Assembly (NCBI RefSeq): GCF_006345805.1
Contig: NW_021829922.1
Span: 1-34,992, forward strand
Direction of reading: 5' to 3'
DNA length: 34,992 bases
From: Octopus sinensis
Taxonomy: Eukaryota
Position numbers and translations under genes: made by a program. Every line of letters begins with the position of its first letter. Positions within the stretch are counted from its first letter, which is position 1. Below the pieces are notes generated by a model. The model was not told the origin of the DNA and ran no database searches. It saw nothing but the letters and a program-made list of their open reading frames with translations. Shown here piece after piece: positions 23,516-34,826 of this stretch.

Positions 23516-23768
23516 CTAGCGAAATGGTATATGCCGGCCGTGTGAGCAACTGGTTGTTTTAATGGCGGAACAAACAGAGGAATACCATTAGAAAAGTTTT
23601 AATTATTATCTCGGTAACTATAGCGGCTAGAAAAAAAATACAAAACGCATTCCAATCTATGCACCCGTCTCCACATGTGTGCCATTTTCCACGCGAATCC
23701 ACCCAGCCGTTTGGCTGTGAACCTCAAGACAATAAAGAATACGTTCGCCTATGTCCATATATTATAGA
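23516..23768 (-). mobile_element. Possible non-autonomous Helitron-like element
   Basis: Minus strand begins A|TCTATAATATAT, has a CAGCC..GGCTG short inverted repeat, and ends in CTAG. The 3' hairpin is weak and there is no T after CTAG. Confidence 0.4.
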
Positions 23769-23820
23769 TGTATGAATATATATATATATGAATATATATA
23801 TTATATTATAATATATATAT

Positions 23821-23857
<37 letters not shown>

Positions 23858-25394
23858 CACAAATGTGTTGCGTTACACACATGAATTACAAGTTGCCACG
23901 TGTTGTGTAGCACCGCTAAACATAGTGGGTATTTGTAAGATGTGATCGTGTATAATTGAGGGGTTACCCTGTTGTCAGCACCTCATGACTGCTGATAACA
24001 GGGTAATAACCCTTGAAATATGCCTATGCACTCATTTTCCACCCTCATTGGTGTAACATGCGAAACGACGTAACATGCAGTACTTGCTCTGAATTCTATA
24101 GAAATTTTACAGAGATGAACTTAAAAATTAAACTCTGTCTCCTTCCCCTCTCTATGTCCAAATTATTCCATTCTCGTATATGTGATTATTTCTGACGCAC
24201 GATTGTTATCCCTAAAGGGTCGTACGATCACGTAGAGGCTGCACTCATCGGAATATTTTGCAGTACCACAAGATCTCAATCTCCTGTTGTATAGGGACTG
24301 ATTGTGACCTAGTGAAATTTTTCAGAAAATGCAAGCCCTCAATTATGCTGACAAAGTTATGAACGTCAAGATTTTCCATTTTTCTATCTTCTGAAATTTA
24401 GGGCTTTTCTGAACCATGGAAACACGACTGTAGAAGAATGGATTATAATGACTCTTATACTTGACTGGTACTTTATTTTATCTATTCCGGAAGAATGAAC
24501 GGCAGAGTTAACCACGGCGAGATACGAATACTAAATATAATATGATTACCAAAGATTGTGGTATTTAGTTCCAAACTATATAACTACCTTCCCAATAAAA
24601 ACAATATTAATATCACTAACAGCAGGTGATGTAGTTAAAGAAATCTTTGGAATTCAATGCTGTGTTATCAAAACATTCATGTAAACTCATTTTTTCTACA
24701 ACGATGTTTTTGTTTCATATAGTTTTTGTTGTTGTTATTGCTGTAGTTAATCTCGCTAAAGCAACGGAATTTTGATATTGAAACAAAGAATGCTTTCTTT
24801 ATTATTGATTTTATTAATTTCTTTTCTAAACACAAAGCTAATTGTTATTGTTATTGTTTTCCTTCCTCTCTAGGGCAGACTTGAACATATATCGAACAGC
24901 TATATGCTCAAAGACGTTCCAATTATGGCTACCTCGCCCCTTATTTCAAGTAAAGTGTATCTAGAGTCCAATTATTATTTTTTTATATTTCTCTTTTTTT
25001 TTATCAAATTCTATAATATCTCTTATTCAAAACGAGAGGAACCCGTGGAAGTTCTCCGTTAAATAATCCTCCTTGTTTAACTCGTAACATCATTTTAAAG
25101 GTTTTAATTATGATTTCAAGTTTTGGATTTCATACCATGTTCAAAATGCTTTCATAATCTAAAAGATATCGTTCCGTAGTTAAGGTTGTTGAAAGCGTAA
25201 CATTCAAACCTCTCTCATTATATTAATTATTTGAATTGTGTCTTCAATTTCGTTATATAGTTAAGCTCGTTGAAAGAGTGTTACTCGAACTTGTTTCGTT
25301 ATGTTAAAGAATGTGTTCAATAGTTTAAATTATTAAAAGTGTAACGTTCAAACACATATCGTTGAAGACAAAATAATTCTTATAGTATATCATA

Positions 25395-25720
25395 AGGAGC
25401 ACTCCGTCAGTTTCGACGACGAGGGGACCAACTGATACGATCAACGGAACAGCTTGCTCGAGAAATTAAGGTGCAAGTGGCTGAGCACTCCACGAACACG
25501 TGTACCCTTAACGTAGTTCTCAGGGAGTTTCAGCGTGACACAGAGTGTGACAAGGCTGGACCTTTGAAATTCAGGTACTACTCATTTTTACCAGCTGAGT
25601 GGACTGGAGCAACGTGAAATAAAGTGTCTTACTGAAGATCATAACGCTTCACCGGGAATTGAACTCACGACCTTACGATCGTGAGCCGAATGCCCTAACC
25701 ACTAAGCCACGCGCCCTCAC
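25395..25720 (-). mobile_element. Full-length family A SINE with 13-bp TSD
   Basis: ATAGTATATCATA at 25382-25394 and 25721-25733; intact A and B boxes. Confidence 0.93.
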
Positions 25721-25802
25721 ATAGTATATCATAGAGTGTTGATGTTCAAATGCTACACTTTCCTGACAAGAAAACAACAGTAACTAAACGTGTGGTCCAG
25801 CT

Positions 25803-25912
25803 CCGGGTCGATAAAAAAAGTACCAGTTACGCATGGGATCGATCTAATCGACTAATCCTTTGTCTGTCCTTGTTTGTCCCTCTATGTTTAGCCCTTGTGG
25901 GCAATAAAGAAA
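25803..25912 (+). mobile_element. Family B SINE 3' fragment
   Basis: GGGTCGATAAA..AAGTACCAGTTACGCA...TTTGTCTGTCCTTGTTTGTCCC...GTGGGCAATAAAGAAAT. Confidence 0.85.
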
Positions 25913-25923
25913 TTATATAGATA

Positions 25924-25991
<68 letters not shown>

Positions 25992-25998
25992 ATATATA

Positions 25999-26031
<33 letters not shown>

Positions 26032-26074
26032 ATATGTATATTGTATGTATGTATATATTATATATTAATATCAT

Positions 26075-26465
26075 TATCATCATCATCACCACATCAGATC
26101 GATCTTGATCGGGTTTCATTGACGATGAGATTTCACTAATTCATATTTCTATTGCAGTTGGTTGAAGGTCCCTCTTGTTGAGTGTTAACTCTAATGCATG
26201 TCGTTACTAGCCTTCCTTACCTTTCCTTTTCTTTGTGTTGGTTTTCCATGAGAACATATTGTGATTTAATTCATCTTTATTTTTCCAAGTGTGTCTACAG
26301 AAGTATAGCTTGAGTTTTAGTTTGAAATCTAGTTATTATCATGCAGTTGTTTGTTGGTTAAGTGTGCTTTTCGTGACGTGGAGAGCGTATACTTCATCTA
26401 GACGTTTAGAGATTGTCTTATGGGAGTGCAAACATCGTAATCCGTAGAAAAGTATGTCCAAAGCA
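26075..26465 (-). pseudogene. Decayed 3' end of an RTE/RTE-X-like LINE
   Basis: Frameshifted minus-strand pieces ILFYG...KTISKRLDEVY, HLTNKQLHDN and FCRHTWKNKDELNHNMFSWK recall the RTE-X C-terminus (LLYG..KRLDG.YT / H.TN..LYG / FAGHCWR.KDEL...LLW). There is a (GAT)n tail. Confidence 0.65.
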
Positions 26466-26527
26466 TACTAAATTTAGTTTCTAAAGCCTTCTTTTACTAG
26501 CAAGTACATTCAACGGGATAGCACATA

Positions 26528-26680
26528 GTCTACCTACTTAAATTTTACTTATAAGTCTTAGGCCAGCCTGAGGTTATTATAGAGAACACTTCCTGCAGAT
26601 ATCGCGCGACCGTAGTATTGAACGTAGAACCATGTGATTGAGAAGTGAGCTGCTTAACCAAACTACGGAATCCTGTGGAC
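26528..26680 (-). mobile_element. Degenerate family C SINE 5' half
   Basis: Minus strand reads CACAGGA..GTTTGGTTAAGCAGCTCACTTCTCAATCACATGGTTC..GTTCAAT...GGTAGAC. Confidence 0.6.
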
Positions 26681-27036
26681 GTGTGGCCTCAAAATGGGGC
26701 CAAGAGCCTGTTCAATCTTTTTTCTAAGTTTTCTGCTGATTCCAGAGCGCTTGATTTCCTCTGTAATATTTTTTTCATTATCAAACTCCTGAAATTGTGA
26801 ACCAGAAGAGGAGCCACTATAGAGTGTTTTATCTGCTAGAAATACAGACATGAAAAGTATGGGATACGTTGGATAATGTAGCTCTTGATATGCAGTACCC
26901 GAGAAAAGGACGAGGTGATCATGCCTTGAACATCTTTGATCATAGCCTGTCTGCTAAATGAGGACAGAGTTCAAGTTAAGTAATTACAACAATACAAAGA
27001 AATTATGTTATCTCTATCTGTCAAACATTTAAATAG

Positions 27037-27253
27037 AACACACTCACCGGTAAAATTTCCACTTATTTCTTATTTTTTTTCCCCTAAATTTTCGTTGCGT
27101 CTTGCAACCTTTTCAATAGTCTTGACTCTGTCCGTTATTTACACTGACAGAGTCAAACTATTGAAAGGTTGCAAGACGCAACGAAAATTTTAGGAAAATA
27201 AAAATAAGAAATAGAAATAAGAAATAAGTGGAAATTTTACCGGTGTGTGTGTT
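27037..27253. repeat. Long imperfect palindrome (arms about 96 and 108 bp, 13-nt spacer)
   Basis: CACCGGTAAAATTTCCACTTATTTCTTATTT...CGTTGCGTCTTGCAACCTTTTCAATAGT..GACTCTGTC, loop 27133-27145, then the reverse complement. Confidence 0.95.
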
Positions 27254-27892
27254 ACATTATAAGGCACAAAAGAAAATGACTCTCCCCAGACACAACAAAA
27301 ATATGCTTCAACCACACAAACGATACATATAAAGAATCTTGCAACCAAATCCAAAAACGAATTTAAATAGAATAAAAGAAAAAAAAACAAAAAAAAAACA
27401 AACTATTTTCCCTGTAACAACTTTTTGCCGACAATGTGTTTTTGCGGCTAATGCTGTTGTTATTATTGGTTGATGTTATTGTTTTATTGCGGTTGTTGAT
27501 GCTTTTGTCTTTATTGTAGCTACTTTTGCAGAAGCAATGGATATGACTACTGAAATAAAGAATTCCTTCTCTATTATAAAGGAGAATGTTGTCATTGTTG
27601 ATAATGCTGCGGCTGTGGTGGTGGTGGTCGCCCAACCATTTACCACTATCACTGGTATTGCTGCTGATATTGTTATTACTGTTGTTTATTGCTATTGTTG
27701 CTGTTGTTATTGCTATTTTTTTTTCTCTCTCAGAAAGTCTTATTCTTTCAGGCAAGTTCTAAATTACGCTGAGCAAAGCGAGAAACCTGTAAAGCAGATA
27801 AATACAGAACTTGTAAATGCTCACACTCACTTACATACACATACATAGAGAGAAGTAAGATATATAAATAAATAACAGAATTAACGAGTATA

Positions 27893-28055
27893 GGTGCAGG
27901 AGTGGCTGTGTGGTAAGTAGCTTGTTTACCAACCACATGGTTCCGGGTTCAGTCCCACTGCGTGGCACCTTGGGCAAGTGTCTTCTACTATAGCCTCGGG
28001 CCGACCAAAGCCCTGTGAGTGGATTTGGTAGACGGAAACTGAAAGAAGCCCGTCG
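27893..28055 (+). mobile_element. Family C SINE 5' half
   Basis: Near-identical to 14925-15088; it stops exactly at GAAGCCCGTCG, where the microsatellite normally starts. Confidence 0.92.
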
Positions 28056-28417
28056 GAATTTCTTAGCGCGCTAGCACAAGACATTTGAAATTTCATCCCT
28101 AATGTAATCGGTAAGACTAAGCACGTGTCTGACTTGGCACGGAAAGCTGGGGTTAGTTTTGTAGTTTACATTGTACAATGAACGAATGCACTGATGAAGC
28201 ACAGACATTTGAATTATGTAAGTAATTCTTTGTTTAAAGGCCGAAACACCGAGGTATGCATTTAAATCTGTTTTTATATAAATTTTCATCTGTCCTGCCC
28301 GCCAAAATTTGGTTCTGGTGTTCGCTGAATTTTTCCTCTAGAGAATTCCTTTGTAGTTTGATCGTTGATGATCTGTTTCTAGCATACGGCTGACTTCCTA
28401 GCAGTCAAGCCCTGCCA
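28056..28417 (+). mobile_element. Hammerhead-bearing insert ending on (TA)n (Penelope-like pLTR fragment or retrozyme-like)
   Basis: Contains the hammerhead at 28184-28263 and a terminal hairpin GGCTGACT..AGTCAAGCC, followed by (TA)n. Confidence 0.6.
28184..28263 (+). ncRNA. Type I hammerhead ribozyme motif with long stem II
   Basis: GAAUGCA-CUGAUGA-AGC...GAAUUA/UAAUUC...GCC-GAAA-C-accgag-GUA-UGCAUUU; the first pair of stem II is A:C. Confidence 0.72.
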
Positions 28418-28433
28418 ATATATATATATATAT

Positions 28434-28746
28434 GGAGGTGCAATGGCCCAGTGGTTAGGGCAGCGGACTCGCGGTCGTATAATCGCGGTTTCGATTCCCA
28501 GACTGGGCGTTGTGAGTGTTTATTGAGCGAAAACGCCTAAAGCTCCACGAGACTCCGGCAGGGGGTGGGGGTGGCGATCCATGCTGTACTCTTTCGCCAC
28601 AACGTTCTCTCACTCATTCTTCTGTTGGCCTACTCACTTAGCCAGTGGTGTGGCGTCATTTGAAGGCTAAAACAATGCGAAGCGCATTGTGACCAGCGAT
28701 GTGTGGCAACATCTCATAGCCTGGTCGGTCATGGTGATCACGGTGA
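28434..28746 (+). mobile_element. tRNA(Arg)-like SINE (family D, tail 1) inserted in (TA)n
   Basis: A box TGGCCCAGTGGTTAGG, ACTCGC in the anticodon arm, B box GGTTTCGATTCCC, and a (GGTGATCAC)-type tail. The 5' ~190 bp is shared with 34296-34586(-). Confidence 0.88.
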
Positions 28747-28753
28747 TATATAT

Positions 28754-28799
<46 letters not shown>

Positions 28800-28800
<1 letters not shown>

Positions 28801-28955
28801 GATTGTATGTCACTGAAATGTATACTGGAAAATTGTATGCGGGCAGCGAATTTAAAATTTCGTTTTACCTCTAGGAAGAACAACAGAAAATGGACTACCT
28901 AGGATGGATAATCTAGGACCCGAGTTTCGGACTTTTTAAAATACGGACTTTCTCA
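28800..28955 (-). mobile_element. Second copy of the 6416-6635 (TA)n-abutting element, retaining the 3' half of a hammerhead
   Basis: Minus strand reads AGTCC-GAAAC-TCGG-GTC-CTAGATT. Confidence 0.6.
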
Positions 28956-29260
28956 AATAAATATATTTGAGCATGTCTAGATATGTAACTATATGCATGA
29001 GAATACATGCATAAAACATACATACATAAAACATACATACATACATACATACATACAAAAATACCCTGTTATTGATGTTGAAATTCCAATGAAGGGACCT
29101 TGGATCTATGTTAGAAAACGCTTCTTTCATACACACATATACACGCACGCTTGCAAACACACACGCATATGTATATATACACATGCACACTACTACATAT
29201 ATACACAGACACAATGTATGCATATGTATCCCAAGTATGTGTATTTTGTCTATATATATA

Positions 29261-30162
29261 TACGTGTGTACATATATATAAATACACACACACACACACA
29301 CACACATACAAACACACCATATATACGTATGTCTATTTATGCGGGCAAGTTAAGTATTAGGGAATGTATCGTAGATTTGAGGGTTCAGTGACTCATAGTG
29401 ACATGCGGTTAATGCTTGGTGAAAAATATTCAGGCTGACGTAGCCTTAGGAAAATACGGAAATTAACACAGAGTATACACAACATAGGCATGCTACGTTG
29501 AGTTATATATATATATATATGTATGTATATATATGACCCCTTTTCTCGGGTGCCTGTCACAACTAGTTTCTGAAATAACTTATGTTATTTGCATTTATGA
29601 TCTATGTTAAGCATGCATTGCTGCCTTGCATTCATGTAAGTAACGCCATACCACACACATACACACGCACACACCACACACACACACACTCACACACACA
29701 CACACACATACACACTCACACACACACACCACACACACACACCCATACACACTCACACACACACCACACATACACACACACTCACACACACACACACACA
29801 CCTCACACACACACCACACACACACTCACAACACAACCACACACACACACTCACACACACACACACATACACACATACACACCCACACACACACTCACAC
29901 ACACACACATACACACACACACTCACACACCAACCCACACACCCACACACACAACACATACACACTCACACCACTCACACACACACACACACCACACACA
30001 CTCACACACAACACACACACACACTCACACCACACACAACACACACACACACCACTCACACACACACCCACACACTCACACACACAACACCACACATCAC
30101 ACACACACACACACACTCACACACACACACACACACTCACACACACACACACACACACTCAA

Positions 30163-30195
<33 letters not shown>

Positions 30196-31560
30196 ACACA
30201 AAACTCACACACACACACACACACACTCACACACACACACTCAACACACACCACACACCACACACACACATACACACATACACATGCGCACACGCACACA
30301 CAAGCTATGAATATTTGTTTATGTTTTTATATTGCCATTTGTTGTGTTTTTATTAAATTCTTGATATGTAATATAACTGCTTATAAAAATATAAATATAT
30401 ATATACGTGTATATATATATATGTACGTGTGTACATATATATAAATACACACACACACACACACACATACAAACACACCATATATACGTATGTATATTTA
30501 TGCGGGCAAGTAAGTATTAGGGAATGTATCGTAGGATTGGAGGGTTCAGTGACTCATAGTGACATGCGGTTAAATGCTTGGTGAAAATATTCAGGCTGAC
30601 GTAGCATTAGGAAAATACGGAAATTACACACAGAGTATACACAACATAGGCATGCTACGTTGAGTATATATATATATATATATATGTATGTATATATATG
30701 ACCCCTTTTCTCGGGTGCCTGTCACAACAATAGTTTCTGAAATAACTTATGTTATTTGCATTTATGAATCTATGTTAAGCATGCATTGCATGCCTTGCAT
30801 TCATGTAAGTAACGCCATACACACACACATACACACGCACACACACACACACACACACCACACGCACCACACACCACACATACACCACTCACACACCACA
30901 CACACACACACACACATACACACTCACACACACACACATACACACACACTCACACACAACACACACACCACACACTCACACAACACCACACACTGACACA
31001 CCACACACACACACACAACACACTCACACACACACCACACATACACCATACACACACACACACCACACTCACAACACCACATACACACACACCACTCACA
31101 CACACACACCAACACTCACACACACCCACACTACACCTCACACACACACTCACACCACACACACACACCACACACTCACACACCACACACACACACTCAC
31201 ACACACCACACACACACACTCACACACACACACACACCACACACACACACTCACACACACCCACACACACACTCACACAACACAACACCACACTCACACA
31301 CACACACACACACACTCACACCACACACACCACACACACACCCACCACACACACTCACACACACACACACACACACACTCACACACACACACTCACACAC
31401 ACAACACACACACACACACACATACACACATACACATGCGCCACACGCACACACAAGCTATAATTATTTGTTTATTTGTTTATATTGCCATTTGGTTGTG
31501 TTTTTATTAAATTCTTGATATGTAATATAACTGCTTATAAAAAATAAATATATATATATA
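29261..31560. repeat. ~1.16-kb tandem duplication, each copy with a ~640-bp noisy (CA)n
   Basis: Copies start at 29261 and 30424; the unique parts are near-identical apart from single-base indels and a few substitutions. Confidence 0.92.
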
Positions 31561-31620
31561 TATATATGTAATATACATATATATGTGTATACATTTATAT
31601 ACCACAGATATATATATATG

Positions 31621-31669
<49 letters not shown>

Positions 31670-32136
31670 ATATATGTGTGTATACACATATATATTATGT
31701 ATACATATATATATCATATATATGTGGTATATATTTATATGCACACGCACACAAAACACACACATAACACATATACGTAAACACGAATGCACACACACAC
31801 ATACACATACACGCACACACACGCACACGCACTCATATATGAATTGTCTAAGTATGAATTCATCATCATCTGTTAAAATATTTCTGCTGCTCTTGCTCTT
31901 ATGGTGTTTAATATGCGTTATATTTTTCTAATATGCATTACAGAAGCCTGTATAAGGCTGTTAGACTGACAGCAAGTTATTTTCTTGGAAAACAGAGCAG
32001 TTGACAGTGATAGATATAGCATGAAGACGCAGGCCGTGTTCATGTGCTCTATGTGCTTTTCGTGATTTCGCCTTCCAACTTCACAATGGGATCATAAATC
32101 GTTGTTTCGATCTGGATTGGTGCTGGTGTTTCATAC

Positions 32137-32259
32137 CCTCGGGTCGAAAAGTATATAGCGTTGGGAATTTGATGGATGTGAAGGAATTGAAATCGTGACC
32201 TCACGACAGTGACTCGAAACATTTACCATATGAGTGTTGGATATAAAAGTCGTGTGAAA
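32137..32259 (-). CDS. Candidate host exon (123 nt, phase 0-0), FHTTFISNTHMVNVSSHCREVTISIPSHPSNSQRYILFDPR
   Basis: Acceptor TATTTTCAG and donor AGG|GTATGA; an alternative donor ATG|GTAAAT gives 33 nt. Only phase 0 stays open to the distal donor. Confidence 0.4.
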
Positions 32260-32283
32260 CTGAAAATATATAAATGCATATAT

Positions 32284-32320
<37 letters not shown>

Positions 32321-32492
32321 GAATAAAAAAATGGAGTTAACGCAGGTTTAAACAAGTATTTTTACTTTCTACATATGTTTCGAAAATTCCACTGATACTA
32401 TTCAAAAGAAAAAGGTATAAACAATGCAATCTTCTCTGGTAACTATTTATTTATTTATCCGTGTTAATTGTTAACAAGGTTAAATACACTCA

Positions 32493-32541
<49 letters not shown>

Positions 32542-32629
32542 ATATATATATAATATATATAATACAAAATGGACAAGAACGCAAACATTATATATACATT
32601 TATATATATGCATCTATATATATATACGT

Positions 32630-32665
<36 letters not shown>

Positions 32666-32799
32666 TTATCTATCTATCTATATATCTATCTATCTATTGT
32701 ATGTGTGTGCATGCATAGAGACTGACATCTGTATGTCTTTCTGTCTGTTTATCTTATCAACCCCATCTTCATCAGTAGCAGCAGCAGCAGCAGCAGTAC

Positions 32800-32904
32800 C
32801 ATTTCAGGATGATCTAGATATGCATGAATCGAGCTCATTTCCATTTTTGATCTTTCAGTTCCTATTTTACAGAAATGACTTCCGGTGTTAGAATAATCTA
32901 TTTC
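32800..32904 (-). CDS. Candidate host exon (105 nt, phase 0-0), EIDYSNTGSHFCKIGTERSKMEMSSIHAYLDHPEM
   Basis: Long pyrimidine tract, TTTTAAC branch-like site, ATTTCAG acceptor and ATG|GTACTG donor. One open frame; contains a possible start in CAAAAATGG. Confidence 0.45.
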
Positions 32905-33406
32905 CTGAAATATTGGAGGAGTACAAGACCAGTTAAAAATAAAAACAAAAAAAAGAGCAAAAAAATAAAAAGCAAAAACAAAAAGAAACAACTCCCAACA
33001 AACTACTATGCATGTTAAAATAATTACTTCTAAATTAGAAATAAAAGGACTGTATTTTTATTTCCTTCATTTCGTAATAATTCAATTTCCTGATTTTACT
33101 TTTCCCAACTCAAAACCCTTCCGACGTCTCTTTCCTTCTCCATTACAAAACAGTCTCCGCTCTGCTCTTGTGAATCGGTTCACTATACCCCACATCCTAT
33201 TAATCCTTCACGTCTCGCCTGTCTCCCTGATTCCCAACACTGCTGATTTGTTCAATACATACCATTAAACATTTCTTTCCCAGACCTACACACTCCAGAA
33301 CTATGTTTTTTAAAGATAATAAGGTAATAAATAAATTAATAAAAGAAAAAAGTATAGAAAAATACGTCCCCATTAAGTTGCAAAAGCAAACAACAAATCT
33401 GCTTAC

Positions 33407-33423
33407 GTGTGTATTCCGTGAGA
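33407..33423 (-). other. Candidate 17-nt microexon
   Basis: TTCGTTTCTTCTCTGCAG|TCTCACGGAATACACAC|GTAAGC; both splice sites are strong. Confidence 0.4.
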
Positions 33424-33567
33424 CTGCAGAGAAGAAACGAATATCTTCTGGAGTATATATATATATATATAAGAACTGACGGATGCAGATACTATTAGCT
33501 ACCCGCGAGCGGGTTTGAAATCGGAACTACAAATCAACAAACCAATTGCCAATATTACAGGACGGCA

Positions 33568-34140
33568 GAGGCGGCGAGATGGCAGAAACGTTAGCACGCC
33601 GGGCGAAATGCGTAGCCGTATTTCGTCTGCCGTTACGTTCTGAGTTCAAATTCCGCCGAGCTCGACTTTGCCTTTCATCCTTTCGGGGTCGATTGAATAA
33701 GTACCAGTTACGCACTGGGTCGATATAATCGACTTAATCCGTTTGCTTGTCCTTGTTTGTCCTCTCTGTGTTTAGCCCCTTGTGGGTAGTAAAGAAATAG
33801 AAATAGGTATTTCGTCTGCCGTTACGTTCTGAGTTCAAATTCCGCCGAGGTCTACTTTGCCTTTCATTCTTTCGGGGTCGATAAATTAAGTACCAGTTAC
33901 GCATTGGGGTCGATGTAATCGATTTAATCCGTTTGTCTGTCCTTGTTTGTCCTTTCTGTGTTTAGCCCCTTGTGGGCAATACAGAAAAATGAAACGTTAG
34001 CACGCCGGGTGAAATGTTTAGCGGTAATTCGCCTCTCTTTATGTTCTAAGTTCAAATTCCACCGAGGTCGACTTTGCCTTTCATCCTTCCGGGAACGATA
34101 AAATAAGTACTAGTTGAACACTGGGGGGTCGATGCAGTGG
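33568..34140 (+). mobile_element. Young family B SINE with internal tandem repetition (three Nin-domain units)
   Basis: Head GGCGGCGAGATGGCAGAAACGTTAGCACGCCGGGCGAAATGC; GTTC..AGTTCAAATTCC.CCGAG.TC.ACTTTGCCTTTCAT occurs three times. Confidence 0.9.
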
Positions 34141-34295
34141 ACAACAGTTGTAGAACTTGCAGAAATCAATAGAACACCAGGAAAAATGCATTGCAATATC
34201 CAGTAAAATTCTGATTTCAAATTCCACCAAAGCAGTTAGACATTAATCTCTTTGGAGCCGATAAAAGAAAGCATCAATTAAACACTGTTTAATTG

Positions 34296-34586
34296 TTTGT
34301 TCTTCTCAAGCCATGTCTGGTTCATAAGGGCCGGTTTCCCGATTTCCTTGGCATATAGATTCCCCACCTGAACAGGACGCCGGTCCGTCACAGGTGAGCT
34401 GCAAGATGCAAGAGGAAAGAGTGAGAGAAAGTTGTGGCGAAAAAGTTAGCAGAAGTTTGCCATTATTATCTGCCGGAGCCGCGTGGAGCATAGGTGTCTC
34501 GCTCATAAACACACACATTACCGGACTGAGATTCGAATCCGCGATCGCGTGTCCATTGCTCTAACCACTAGGCCATGTGCCTCCAC
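34296..34586 (-). mobile_element. Family D SINE (tail 2, Meta-domain-like) with 12-bp TSD
   Basis: CAATTAAACACT at 34275-34286 and 34586-34597. The tail reads GACGGACCGGCGTCCTGTTCAGG...GGAAACCGGCCCTTATGA. It is inserted in an older family B copy. Confidence 0.88.
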
Positions 34587-34619
34587 AATTAAACACTATG
34601 GTCTATATTGAAAATAAGG

Positions 34620-34826
34620 TTACTAGCTGGCAGAAATGTTAGCACGCCAGAAAATATTAACGGCATTTTGTCCGTCTTTACGTTCTGATTTCAAATTCCG
34701 CCGAGGTCGACTTCGCGTTTCATCCTTTCAGGGTCGATGAAATAAATGCCAGTTGAACACCAAAGTCGATGTAATCAACTTAACGCCTTCCTTGAAATTG
34801 CTGGCCTTGTGCCACAATTTGAAATC
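34620..34826 (+). mobile_element. Family B SINE
   Basis: AGCTGGCAGAAATGTTAGCACGCC...TTCAAATTCCGCCGAGGTCGAC...GGCCTTGTGCCACAATTTGAAA. Confidence 0.88.

Noticed and set aside
23995-24008. 14-nt match (GATAACAGGGTAAT) to the I-SceI site
   Set aside because: The match is partial and forms one arm of a local hairpin, with no vector or homing-endonuclease context.
26663-26851. ORF resembling an acidic propeptide plus KR plus a cationic peptide (SGISRKLRKKIEQALGPILRPHVHRIP), with an apparent acceptor TATTTCTAG
   Set aside because: The acceptor and first ~45 nt match the family E repeat end (TATTTCTAGCAG...TAG.GGCTCC), the C-terminus runs into a family C SINE head, and a second frame is equally open.
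29540-29605. GAAACTAGTT plus hairpin on the minus strand as a hammerhead remnant
   Set aside because: The CUGANGA box and stem I partner are absent, so it is too degenerate to call.
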